Origin: an uncultured Actinomycetota bacterium
GTDB taxonomy: Bacteria > Actinomycetota > UBA4738
Direction: 5' to 3'
DNA: 64,000 nt
NCBI GenBank assembly: GCA_963770955.1
Contig: CAVYRK010000011.1
Span: 650,745 to 714,744, forward strand
Below, piece after piece: positions 36,648 through 45,752 of the stretch (the stretch's first letter is position 1; each line of letters begins with the position of its first letter). The notes beneath the pieces were generated by a model. It was not told where the DNA came from and did not search any database. It was given only the letters and a program-made list of their open reading frames with translations. The translations under genes were made by a program, and so were the position numbers.

Positions 36648-37589
36648 ATGAAACGCGTGGTCGTGGCCCTTGGCGGCAACGCCCTTCTCCACCGCGACGA
36701 AGAGGAGTCGGCGGAGGCGATGCGCACCTCCGCGCGCCACGCCGCCGAGGTGGTCGCCGACATCGCGCAGCTGGGCTGGGAGGTTGTGGTCACCCACGGC
36801 AACGGGCCGCAGGTCGGCCTGATCCTGCTGCAGAACGAGGCCGCCCGGCAGTTCGTGGCCCCGATGCCGCTGGACGTCTGCGGGGCCGAGAGCCAGGGCC
36901 AGATCGGCTACCTGCTGCAGGCAAACATCGGCGACGTGTTCTACGAGCGCGACATGGAGCGGCCGGTCGTCACGATCCTGACCTTGACGCGCGTGCCGGC
37001 GGACGACCCCGCCTTCCGGGATCCGACGAAGCCGATCGGGCCGTACTACAGGGAAGAGGAAGCGAAGCGCCTGATGGAGCAGCGGGGCTACGCCATGAAG
37101 CCGGCGCCGACCGGCGACGGCTCGTGGCGGCGCGTCGTCCCGTCGCCGCACCCGTACTCGATCGTCGAGGCGCCGGTGATCCGCGGCCTGGTGGGGGAGG
37201 GCGTCATCGTGATCGCCTCCGGCGGCGGCGGCGTGCCGGTGGTCGAGGAGGGGCCGCGACTGGTCGGCGTGGAGGCGGTCGTCGACAAGGACCTGGCGGC
37301 CGCCATCCTGGCGAAGGACGTGGAGGCCGACACGCTGCTGATCCTGACCGACGTCGAGGGCGTGTTCGATGGCTACGGCACGGACGGGCAGCGCCTGCTT
37401 CCGGAACTGAGCGTGGAGGACGCACGCCGGCGCCTGGAGGCCGGGGAGCTGGGCAGCGGCTCGATGGGGCCGAAGGTCGAGGCGGCCGTCAAGTTCGTCG
37501 AGTCCGGCGGGAACCGCGCGATCATCGCGTCGCTGGCCGACGGCGCGAAAGCGGTCGAGGGAGAAGCCGGTACGCGCCTGCCGGCCTAG
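36648..37589 (+). CDS. arcC: Carbamate kinase
   Basis: 'VVALGGNALL' and 'VVTHGNGPQVG', with an amino-acid-kinase fold C-terminus. Confidence 0.9.
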   Translation: MKRVVVALGGNALLHRDEEESAEAMRTSARHAAEVVADIAQLGWEVVVTHGNGPQVGLILLQNEAARQFVAPMPLDVCGAESQGQIGYLLQANIGDVFYERDMERPVVTILTLTRVPADDPAFRDPTKPIGPYYREEEAKRLMEQRGYAMKPAPTGDGSWRRVVPSPHPYSIVEAPVIRGLVGEGVIVIASGGGGVPVVEEGPRLVGVEAVVDKDLAAAILAKDVEADTLLILTDVEGVFDGYGTDGQRLLPELSVEDARRRLEAGELGSGSMGPKVEAAVKFVESGGNRAIIASLADGAKAVEGEAGTRLPA

Positions 37590-37601
37590 GGGCCGCCGGC
37601 G

Positions 37602-38654
37602 TCAGTCGGCGATGAACGCCTCCAATCGCTCCGCCTCGTCCTTCACCTCGCGCTGGACGGCGCGCGGCAGCCGCTCGAACGGCTCGACCACGACATGGCC
37701 GCCTTCCTCGCTCCAGGTGCCGGCGACGAAGCCGTCGACCAGGAACGTCTGCGCGACGTCGCCGTTCATCTTGATCACGGTCTTCCGGTATCGCTCGGGC
37801 AGCACCCGCGTCCGGTCCGCCCACGCCAGCAGCACGTTGTCCCACTTCGGCAGGAAGCGAACGGGCGCCGGCGTTTCGGGATCGGGGAGCTGCGCGCGCG
37901 GGACGTCGAGGAGCTCGCGCCCGTGCTCGTCGCGGAAGCGAACCAGCGGTTCCAGCAGCTCGAGCGACCGCGTGATCTCCGGGACGTGCATCATGCTCCA
38001 CGCCGTCAGGTCCCGCTTCGTCGACGGCCCGAAGGCCGCCAGGTAGCGCCGCAGCATCTCGGCGCGCGCCTCCACCGGGACGAACGTCTCCGTCGGCGGA
38101 TCGATCGCCATGTATCGCCCGTCCGGGCGCGCGCGCCACATCGCCGATTCCGGGTGCTGCAGGATGTGTGCCCGCACCCGCGCGTAGCGCCACGCGCGGC
38201 GCCCGGAGAGGCCGCTGATCCCGTGCTCGCGCTCGATGTAGGCGAGCGCCTCGGACGTCGAGATCTGGCCGTCCACCGCGAGCGCGCGGACCTTCGGCGC
38301 CAGGCGCCCCACCTGCGCCGATTCCCACGGGAAGTTGGTCTCGCTCATGGCAGACCGCAACAGCGCGTAGTCGCGCCGGGTGACCAGGTGGAGCGTCTGC
38401 CGCATCACGGTCGCCTTCAGGACGGTGCCGCGAACGATCTCGAGCTCGAGCGTCCGACGGCGGAAGCTCGCCGTGCGCGTCCAGATGCCCACGTACGGCG
38501 CCGACGGCCACTGCGCCTGCATGCCGACGAGCCGCTCGATCACGGCGGTCGCCGAGAGCCGCTTCGGCTCCAGCAGCAGCTGGCGCGCCAGGGTCGCCCG
38601 GTTCAGCTCCCGCCGGGTCAGGACCCGCTCGGCCACCGGCTTCACGCCCTCCAT
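37602..38654 (-). CDS. Winged-helix DNA-binding protein, YcaQ/AlkZ (DUF1006) family
   Basis: 'LNRATLARQLLL...ERLVGMQAQ...RFLPKWDNVLLAWADRTRVL'. An alternative GTG start at 38645 forms a GTGA overlap with the GNAT stop. Confidence 0.8.
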   Translation of the reverse strand: MEGVKPVAERVLTRRELNRATLARQLLLEPKRLSATAVIERLVGMQAQWPSAPYVGIWTRTASFRRRTLELEIVRGTVLKATVMRQTLHLVTRRDYALLRSAMSETNFPWESAQVGRLAPKVRALAVDGQISTSEALAYIEREHGISGLSGRRAWRYARVRAHILQHPESAMWRARPDGRYMAIDPPTETFVPVEARAEMLRRYLAAFGPSTKRDLTAWSMMHVPEITRSLELLEPLVRFRDEHGRELLDVPRAQLPDPETPAPVRFLPKWDNVLLAWADRTRVLPERYRKTVIKMNGDVAQTFLVDGFVAGTWSEEGGHVVVEPFERLPRAVQREVKDEAERLEAFIAD

Positions 38655-39220
38655 TCCGAGGCGAGCATCGCGAACACCAGCTCGTCTCCCCAGTCGCCCT
38701 TGAACATCTCGTTCTGCACGAAGTGCGCTTCCTGCCGCATGCCCAGCCGCCGCATCAGGCCGGCGGAGGCGTCGTTCCGGGCGTCGCACCGCCCGATGAT
38801 GCGGTGCAGCTCGAAGTGCTCGAACGCGAGGCGGAGCATCTCGGTCGCGGCCTCGCCGGCGAAGCCCTGCCCCTGATGGCCGGGATGGAAGACGAACCCG
38901 ATCTCGCCCTGCCGGTGCTTCTCGCTCAGCCACGCGAGCATCACGTCGCCGGCGACGGCGCCTGTCTCGCGGACCACCACGGCGAGGTGCAGGCGGTCGC
39001 CCTCGCGTTCGAGCGTCCGCGTCCGGATGCGGCGGTCGAGCTCGGGGCCGATCTCTTCGCGCGTGGCCGGTTCCGCGTAGAGGTAGCGCACCACGTCGGG
39101 GCGGGACCGGACGTCGTGGAGCGCGTCCAGGTCCTCGGCCACGAACGGGCGCAGGAGCAGGCGCGGCGTCTCGATCGGGTACGTGGGCGTGCGCACGGGA
39201 GGCGATCCTACCCAGCGCAA
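38642..39220 (-). CDS. GNAT family N-acetyltransferase (RimJ/RimL-like)
   Basis: 'ETPRLLLRPF...GEIGFVFHPGHQGQGFAGEAATEMLRLAF'. Confidence 0.85.
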   Translation of the reverse strand: MRWVGSPPVRTPTYPIETPRLLLRPFVAEDLDALHDVRSRPDVVRYLYAEPATREEIGPELDRRIRTRTLEREGDRLHLAVVVRETGAVAGDVMLAWLSEKHRQGEIGFVFHPGHQGQGFAGEAATEMLRLAFEHFELHRIIGRCDARNDASAGLMRRLGMRQEAHFVQNEMFKGDWGDELVFAMLASEWRA

Positions 39221-39251
39221 GCCGCGTGGGCGCCTCCGCTACAGTGTCGCC

Positions 39252-40418
39252 ATGCCGGGGGCGCTGGAGGGCGTGCGGATCGCCGACTTCTCGCGGGTGC
39301 TCGCCGGCCCGTACTCGACCATGCTGCTCGCGGACCTGGGCGCCGACGTGGTCAAGGTCGAGCGGCCGGGCACCGGCGACGACACGCGCGAGTGGGGGCC
39401 GCCGTACGACGCCGACGGCGTGGCGACGTACTTCCTCTCAGTGAACCGGAACAAGCGCTCGGTGGCCATCGACCTGGCGACCGAGGAAGGCAGGGCGGCG
39501 GCCCGCGCCCTGGCGCTCGCCTCCGACGTGCTGGTGGAGAACTTCAAGCCGGGAACGCTGGAGCGGATGGGCCTCGGGTTCGACGATCTGCATCCGGAAC
39601 ACCCGGGGCTGGTGCTGTGCTCGATCACGGGTTTCGGCGACGCGGAGGGGCGCGACCTTCCGGGATACGACCTGGTGCTGCAGGCGGTCGGCGGCCTGAT
39701 GAGCATCACGGGGCCGGAGCCCGGCGCGCCGACGAAGGTCGGCGTCGCCCTGGTCGACGTCATCGCCGGGCTGCACGCCACGGTGGGGATCCTGGCCGCG
39801 CTGCGCCACCGCGACCGAACCGGCGAGGGGCAGCGCGTGCAGATATCGCTGCTGTCGAGCCTGCTCTCGGCGCTGGTGAACCAGGCCTCGGGCTACGTCT
39901 CGGCCGGCGTGGTGCCGGGCATCCTGGGCAACGCCCACCCGTCGATCGCGCCGTACGAGGTGTATCAGGTGGCCGATGGGCACTTCGTGGTGGCGGTGGG
40001 GAACGACCGGCAGTTCGCGGCGCTCTGCGCGGTCATCGAGCGGCCCGACCTGGCCGAGGACCCGCGGTTCCTGACCAACGGCGACCGCGTCCGCAACCGG
40101 GCAGCGCTGAACGGGGAGCTGTCGCCCGCCCTGTCGACGCGCGCGGGGTCGCAGTGGTTCGACGCCCTGCGCGCGGTGGGTGTGCCGTGCGGCCCGATCA
40201 ACGACCTGGCCGGGGCGTTCGCGTTCGCGGAATCGCTGGGACTGGACCCGGTCGTCGAGATCGCTGGCGAAGCGGGGGCGGCGGCGTCGCGGCAGGTGCG
40301 CAACCCGATCGGGATGTCGGCGACGCCGCCGGGGTACGCGTCCGGGCCGCCGTCGCTGGGCCGGGACACCGAAGCCCTGCTCCGCGACCTCGGCCTGCCA
40401 CGCGACGACCCTTCCTGA
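39252..40418 (+). CDS. Family III CoA-transferase (CaiB/BaiF type)
   Basis: 'LEGVRIADFSRVLAGPYSTMLLADLGADVVKVERP...VLVENFKPGTLERMG'. Confidence 0.85.
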   Translation: MPGALEGVRIADFSRVLAGPYSTMLLADLGADVVKVERPGTGDDTREWGPPYDADGVATYFLSVNRNKRSVAIDLATEEGRAAARALALASDVLVENFKPGTLERMGLGFDDLHPEHPGLVLCSITGFGDAEGRDLPGYDLVLQAVGGLMSITGPEPGAPTKVGVALVDVIAGLHATVGILAALRHRDRTGEGQRVQISLLSSLLSALVNQASGYVSAGVVPGILGNAHPSIAPYEVYQVADGHFVVAVGNDRQFAALCAVIERPDLAEDPRFLTNGDRVRNRAALNGELSPALSTRAGSQWFDALRAVGVPCGPINDLAGAFAFAESLGLDPVVEIAGEAGAAASRQVRNPIGMSATPPGYASGPPSLGRDTEALLRDLGLPRDDPS

Positions 40419-40422
40419 GCCC

Positions 40423-41112
40423 GTGCGCATCCGGGTCGTTTCCTACAACCTGCGGTCGCTCCGGGCCGGGATCGGTCCGGCGGTGGAAGCGGTGATCGCC
40501 GACGAGCCCGACGTGATGCTGGTGCAGGAGTACGGAGCGCCGTACCGCCTTCGCGCGTTCGGCAAGGCGATGGGCATGGACTGGGCCTCGTCGTATGCCC
40601 CGTTCAACCGACTGCGGAACGCCGTCCTGTTCCGATCGCCGTGGCGCCTGGTGCGCTCGGACCCGCACCGGTTCTCCAGGACGCGCGGGCAGTACCGTCG
40701 CGGCTTCGTGCTGGCGCAGCTGGAGACGAAGAAAGCGGGCGTCACGGCCGTGTCGGTGCACCTGGGGCTGTCGGCGCGCGAGCGGCCGCACCACGCGGGG
40801 GAGCTGCTGCGGGCGCTCCGCGACGTCGACGGGCCGGTCATCGTCGGGGGCGACCTGAACGAGGAGCCTGAGGGCGACGCCGTCGGCGCGCTCACCGCCG
40901 AGTTCCGCAGCGGCCGATCGATCGCGGGAGGCGGCCACCCGACGTTCCCCGCGGACGGTCCGACTGCGGCCATCGACGACATCCTGGTCGCCGGCGGCGC
41001 CGGAATCGCGTCGTTCCGTGTGGGGGAGACGGAGGCGGCTCGCACGGCCAGCGACCATCGCCCCGTGATCGCCGACCTGGAGTTGCTTCCTCGCCCCGGA
41101 AGCGCGGGATAG
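40423..41112 (+). CDS. Endonuclease/exonuclease/phosphatase family protein
   Basis: 'RVVSYNL...DVMLVQE...GGDLNE...SDHRPV'. Confidence 0.8.
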   Translation: MRIRVVSYNLRSLRAGIGPAVEAVIADEPDVMLVQEYGAPYRLRAFGKAMGMDWASSYAPFNRLRNAVLFRSPWRLVRSDPHRFSRTRGQYRRGFVLAQLETKKAGVTAVSVHLGLSARERPHHAGELLRALRDVDGPVIVGGDLNEEPEGDAVGALTAEFRSGRSIAGGGHPTFPADGPTAAIDDILVAGGAGIASFRVGETEAARTASDHRPVIADLELLPRPGSAG

Positions 41113-41130
41113 GCTCGGTCGTGCGGACGA

Positions 41131-41904
41131 TCAGCTGCCGGCTCTCCCCGGAGAGCGGGCGGTGACGAACGCGAGGGTTCGCTCGGTGATCACGTCCGCG
41201 TCGTAGTCGAGGGTCGCGACGTGGTAGCTGTTCGTCAGCCGGACCAGTTCCTTCCGCTCGCTGCCGACGCGGTCCATGATCAGCGCGGCGTTCGACGCGT
41301 TCACCGTGTGGTCGTCGTCGGAGCGCAGGACCAGGAGCGGTTGCGTGACGGACGGAAGCTGCTGGGCCGCGCGCTTGTGGAGGCGGCGGACCTGCGTGAG
41401 CGTCCGGACCGGGATCCGCTCGCTGCACACTTCGTCCTGGCCGGGCTTCTTGATGTCGTTGCCGACGCCCTTGACGCTGCGCACGAACAGCCGCGTGACG
41501 CCGGCCAGCGCCAGCCGAGGGTCACGGACGTAGGGATTGATCAGCACCAGGCCGTTCACGCGCTCCGGGTTGCGCGCCGCGAGGTCGAGCGCGAGGCCGG
41601 CGCCCATCGACAGGGCGACGACGGTGACGGTGTCGCAGGAGGCAAGGTCGTCGAGGCCCTCGTCGGCGGCGCCGGTCCACGACTCGAGGGTCGCGTCCCC
41701 CAGGTCGTTCCAGTCGCTGGTTCCGTGCCCGGGGAGGAGCGGGCCGACGGCGGAGACGCCCTCGCTTCCCAGGAACTCGCCCAGGGGGCGGAGCGACGCG
41801 GGGGAGCCCGTGAACCCATGCAGGAGAAGCGCCCCCGTGGAACCGGCGCCGAAGCGAAACGGCTCGGCGCCCGGGCGGACTCTCTGCCCTGCGGACTGCG
41901 GCAT
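41131..41904 (-). CDS. Alpha/beta hydrolase (lysophospholipase / monoacylglycerol-lipase-like)
   Basis: 'ALLLHGFTGSP', nucleophile elbow 'ALSMGAG', and 'DDDHTV'. Confidence 0.8.
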   Translation of the reverse strand: MPQSAGQRVRPGAEPFRFGAGSTGALLLHGFTGSPASLRPLGEFLGSEGVSAVGPLLPGHGTSDWNDLGDATLESWTGAADEGLDDLASCDTVTVVALSMGAGLALDLAARNPERVNGLVLINPYVRDPRLALAGVTRLFVRSVKGVGNDIKKPGQDEVCSERIPVRTLTQVRRLHKRAAQQLPSVTQPLLVLRSDDDHTVNASNAALIMDRVGSERKELVRLTNSYHVATLDYDADVITERTLAFVTARSPGRAGS

Positions 41905-41971
41905 GCGCCGCTTTCCCCTTCCCGACGAGCGGGTTTCCGTTCCGCCCGAGTGCCCGGATAGTCTATAGACG

Positions 41972-42769
41972 ATGTACTGGTGGCTGATGAAGCACGTCCT
42001 GCTGGGGCCGTTCCTGCGGCTCTTCTTCCACCCCGAGGCCGAGGGGTTGGAGAACATCCCCGAAGAGGGCGGGGCCATCCTGGCCGGCAACCACCAGTCC
42101 TTCCTGGACAACGTCCTCATGCCCCTGGTGATCCCCGACCGCAAGGTCGTCTTCCTGGGCAAGGCCGAGTACTTCGAGAAGTGGTACATGCGGTGGTTCT
42201 TCAAGGGCGCGGCCATGATCCCGATCAAGCGCGGCGGCGGGTCGGCGTCGGAGGCGGCGCTCGACACGGCCGTCGAGGCGCTGCGCGCCGGGAAGCTCAT
42301 CGGGATCTTCCCGGAGGGCACGCGCTCGCCGGACGGCCGGCTGTACCGGGGGAAGAGCGGCGTCGCGCGCATGGCGCTGGAGGCCGGTGTGCCGGTCATC
42401 CCCGTCGGCATCACCGGGACGTTCGAGGCCATGCCGTACCACCGGAAGATCCCTCGCCCGCACCCCGTGATCGTCCGCTTCGGCGCCCCGCTCACGTTCG
42501 AGCGGTACCGCGAGATGCCCGGCGACCGGTTCCTGTACCGGGCCGTCACCGACGAGATCGTCTACGAGATCATGATGCTCACCGGGCAGGAGTACTCCGA
42601 CGAGGACGGCGCCCGCGTGAAGAAGGCACGGGAGCGGGGGAAGCGCAACGAGCCGGAAGCAGCCGAACAGGCTCCCGCCGAGCCGGCTCCCGATGCGGAG
42701 GCCCCGCCGTCACCGGCCGACCACGAGCCCGTCGTGATCGAGGAGGTCAACCGCACCGACCTCGCGTAG
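41972..42769 (+). CDS. plsC: 1-acyl-sn-glycerol-3-phosphate acyltransferase
   Basis: HX4D box 'NHQSFLD' and 'IFPEGTRS'. Confidence 0.85.
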   Translation: MYWWLMKHVLLGPFLRLFFHPEAEGLENIPEEGGAILAGNHQSFLDNVLMPLVIPDRKVVFLGKAEYFEKWYMRWFFKGAAMIPIKRGGGSASEAALDTAVEALRAGKLIGIFPEGTRSPDGRLYRGKSGVARMALEAGVPVIPVGITGTFEAMPYHRKIPRPHPVIVRFGAPLTFERYREMPGDRFLYRAVTDEIVYEIMMLTGQEYSDEDGARVKKARERGKRNEPEAAEQAPAEPAPDAEAPPSPADHEPVVIEEVNRTDLA

Positions 42770-42792
42770 GTCGGCCGCCGGCCGCCTGGTTC

Positions 42793-43290
42793 TCACCTGG
42801 AGAGGATCGGGTCCTTCTCCTCCGATTCCTCGGGGTGCTTGCTCAAGGGGACCTCGGTGATCGGCTCGTATCGGAACAGTTCCTTCGTGTTGGTTCGCAG
42901 CGAACGCAACCGGACGCCCGTGGCGAACAGCACGGTCTCGTGCTGAAACACCTCGGGGTCGACGTAGGTTCGTACGCCGAACAGCGATCCGAGCGGGTGC
43001 ATTGCCCCGGGCTCGGTGCCGGGGAAGCGCGCCGTGATCTCCTCTTCGGTGGCCAGCCTGGCGTGCGGATCCTCCAGCGCCTTGTGGACCAGGGACATGT
43101 CGAGGCGCCGCGAGGCCGGTATCACCAGGATGACGTCCGACCCTTGCGTCTCGACGATCACGGACTTCAGCACCTCGTCGGCCGCCACGCCCAGGGCCAG
43201 CGCCTCCTCGATCGAGGTGAACGTCCGCGGGTGCGCGATCACCTCGAACACGCACTTCCGTTTCCTCAGCTCCTCGGTCAGCTCGCGCAT
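42793..43290 (-). CDS. YbaK/EbsC-type aminoacyl-tRNA editing domain protein
   Basis: 'LKSVIVETQGSDVILVIPASRRLD...GAMHPLGSLFG'. Confidence 0.75.
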   Translation of the reverse strand: MRELTEELRKRKCVFEVIAHPRTFTSIEEALALGVAADEVLKSVIVETQGSDVILVIPASRRLDMSLVHKALEDPHARLATEEEITARFPGTEPGAMHPLGSLFGVRTYVDPEVFQHETVLFATGVRLRSLRTNTKELFRYEPITEVPLSKHPEESEEKDPILSR

Positions 43291-43428
43291 GGCTCTCCTT
43301 CCTTCGCGCCGGTTCCTCTCGGGTGATCGTCCCGCCGGTCGGCGCCGTCGCCGAGGGCCGAAGGACCCCTTCTTCCCGGTCCCTCTCGCGGCGGCCGCCT
43401 CGCGGCCGTGTGGGGGGGCGAAGCTCGG

Positions 43429-44331
43429 TCAGACGGGGCGGTCCTGACGTCCGGCCAGTGGCATCTCATCCGCGAGGCGTTCAATGATTTGCGCGATGGT
43501 CAGCGGGTCGCGGCCGGTGACTGTTCGGTAGTCGTCCGTCACCACGTCGAACTCGCCGCGGCGCAGCGCCTCGAACGTGGTCCGCCCCGCCTCGATGTTC
43601 CAGTCGGCCCTGCCCCGCGACCGCCAGCGGCCCTCCCACCAGTCGTCGTCCCGGGGCTCGTAGCGGTAGTCGTCGCCGGTCACGTCGGAGGCGACGATCG
43701 CGAGCTCGGCGAGGCTCATCGACTCCGGCGTCGTGATGTCATACACCTTCCCCTCGTGGCCCGGCTCGACCAGGGCGGTCGCGACGACCTCCGCCAGCTC
43801 GGGCCGGTACGAGAAGCTCATGCGCCCCGTGCCCCCGGGCGAGCGGTTGACGCCCTCGCCGTCGAACCACCCGGGGATGTCGTCGGCGTACATGCCGTTC
43901 CGGATCGAGGTGAACGGGATGCCGGAGTCCTCGAGCATCCGCTCGGTCGCGCCGTGCGAGCGCGCGTGCAGGAAGATGGCGGCGGGTCCCGCCGCCACGA
44001 ACGAGAGGTAGACGAGGTAGCCGACCTTCGCGCGTCCGGCGGCCTCGATGAACGAGCGGTGCAGGGGTAGCCGCTCGTCCGGGCCGCGGTGCATCGAGAC
44101 CATGAAGACGCGGTCGCCCTCGTGGAGGGCCCCGGCGAGCGAGTCCGGGTCGCCGTAGTCCGCCGGAACGACCTCGGCCCCGTCGATCTTCGGGGCCGAG
44201 TCGAGCGTGTGGACGGCGAGCCGCATGGGGACGCCGCGGCGCTCGAGTTCCCCTGCGACGAGCCCGCCGACGTGTCCCGTCGCCCCGGTCACAACGATCA
44301 CGGCGCCAGTATCTCGCACCCCGACGCTCAC
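43429..44331 (-). CDS. NmrA/SDR-like NAD(P)-binding protein
   Basis: Rossmann motif 'VTGATGHVGG'. 300 aa. Confidence 0.8.
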   Translation of the reverse strand: MSVGVRDTGAVIVVTGATGHVGGLVAGELERRGVPMRLAVHTLDSAPKIDGAEVVPADYGDPDSLAGALHEGDRVFMVSMHRGPDERLPLHRSFIEAAGRAKVGYLVYLSFVAAGPAAIFLHARSHGATERMLEDSGIPFTSIRNGMYADDIPGWFDGEGVNRSPGGTGRMSFSYRPELAEVVATALVEPGHEGKVYDITTPESMSLAELAIVASDVTGDDYRYEPRDDDWWEGRWRSRGRADWNIEAGRTTFEALRRGEFDVVTDDYRTVTGRDPLTIAQIIERLADEMPLAGRQDRPV

Positions 44332-44429
44332 GCGTGTCCGAACGCGCCGGGAGTGACCTCGCCGCGGCGTCCCGGCGAGGTCACTCCGCGCGGTATCTCG
44401 CCCGCCCCTTCACGTCCCTCGGTGGGGGG

Positions 44430-44882
44430 CTACTCGGCCAGCACGCGGCCGTGGGCGGCGAGCGCCCAGATGACCGCCGCGTCGACCGTGATGACGACCA
44501 GGGCCCAGATCGGGTAGACGGGAATGAACGTGAAGTTCACGATCAACGAGATGCCCGCGATGATGATCCCCAGGATGCGCGCCCACATGGCCCCCCGAAG
44601 CAGGGCGAACCCGGCCAGGCACACGACCACACCAAGGATCAAGTGGGTCCACCCCCACCCCTTCGCGTTGACGCTGATGTAGTAGTTGGGCGGGATGGTG
44701 TAGAAGCCGCTCTTGATGATCGCCGACAGTCCCTGGAGCGCGCCCAGGATCCCGCCGATGACCAGCATGATGGCGGCGAAGAACACCCACCCACCACCGG
44801 CCTCCGGCTCCTGGTAGGCGGCCGGCCGGGTGCCGGCCTCCGGAACCACGACGGGCGTCTCGCCGTGTGTCTGCTGCGACAT
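44430..44882 (-). CDS. Four-TM membrane protein, hypothetical
   Basis: 150 aa. 'GWVFFAAIMLVIGGILGALQG...ILGIIIAGISLIVNFTFIPVYPIWALVVI'. Confidence 0.6.
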   Translation of the reverse strand: MSQQTHGETPVVVPEAGTRPAAYQEPEAGGGWVFFAAIMLVIGGILGALQGLSAIIKSGFYTIPPNYYISVNAKGWGWTHLILGVVVCLAGFALLRGAMWARILGIIIAGISLIVNFTFIPVYPIWALVVITVDAAVIWALAAHGRVLAE

Positions 44883-44971
44883 GAGCTCCTCCTCTCTCGA
44901 AGAGCCACCGCTCTTCGTGTGGGTTCGCTCCTCCGGGGCCCGACCACGATCGTACCCCCGCGAGGCGGCAT

Positions 44972-45337
44972 ATGCTTCGAACCGTGATCAATGGAGCGCA
45001 TGTCATCCTCTACAGCCGTGACGCCGAGGCGGACCGTGCGTTCCTCCGGGACGTGCTCGGGTTCCCGAACGTGGACGCCGGGGACGGCTGGCTGATCTTC
45101 GCCCTGCCGCCGTCCGAGCTGGCCGTCCATCCCACGGACGGTGAGCAGATGTTCCAGCTGTACCTGCTGTGCGACGACGTCGAGGGGACGGTCGCGGAGC
45201 TGACCGGCAAGGGCGTCGAGACGACCGGGCCCGTGGCCGACCGCGGGTGGGGGCTGCTCACCGGCGTGCAGCTGCCGGGTGGGGGCGAGGTCGGGCTGTA
45301 CGAGCCCCGCCATCCCACGGCGCACGGCTCCTCTTGA
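44972..45337 (+). CDS. VOC/glyoxalase family protein
   Basis: 'HVILYSRDAEADRAFLRDVLGF...GGEVGLYEPRHP'. Confidence 0.8.
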   Translation: MLRTVINGAHVILYSRDAEADRAFLRDVLGFPNVDAGDGWLIFALPPSELAVHPTDGEQMFQLYLLCDDVEGTVAELTGKGVETTGPVADRGWGLLTGVQLPGGGEVGLYEPRHPTAHGSS

Positions 45338-45352
45338 TACCGCGACAGGCAA

Positions 45353-45720
45353 ATGCACGGAGAGGAGAGCGCGATGAGCAACGAACAGGCGGCACCCGAG
45401 ACGAAAGGTGTTACGGCGGAGTTACTTGCAACGGTTGACCTTGGCCCTGAGATCGAGGGCATGGCAGGGCGCCAACTTCGACTGCGTATGGTGACCATCG
45501 ATCCCGGAGGCGTCTTCGGCCCGATTCACGACCATAAGAGACAGACCAGGCATCGTCTACATACTGCAAGGAACGATCACCGACCATCGAAATGGAGTGC
45601 GCTACGGACTATGGGCCGGGAGTGGGCTGGCCCGAGGATAGGAACACCACACACTGGCTCGAGAACAGAGGAACGATTCCCGCGGCAGAGATTTCGGTCG
45701 ACATCGTCAGGCAGCAGTAA
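45353..45720 (+). pseudogene. Cupin-domain protein, two frame breaks (about 45533 and about 45600)
   Basis: 'RLRMVTIDPGGVFGPIHDHK' continues as '[20 protein letters not shown]', then as '[37 protein letters not shown]'. Locally lower GC. Confidence 0.6.
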
Positions 45721-45752
45721 GCTCAGGCCCGGAATCCCCCTGTCACTCGGCG

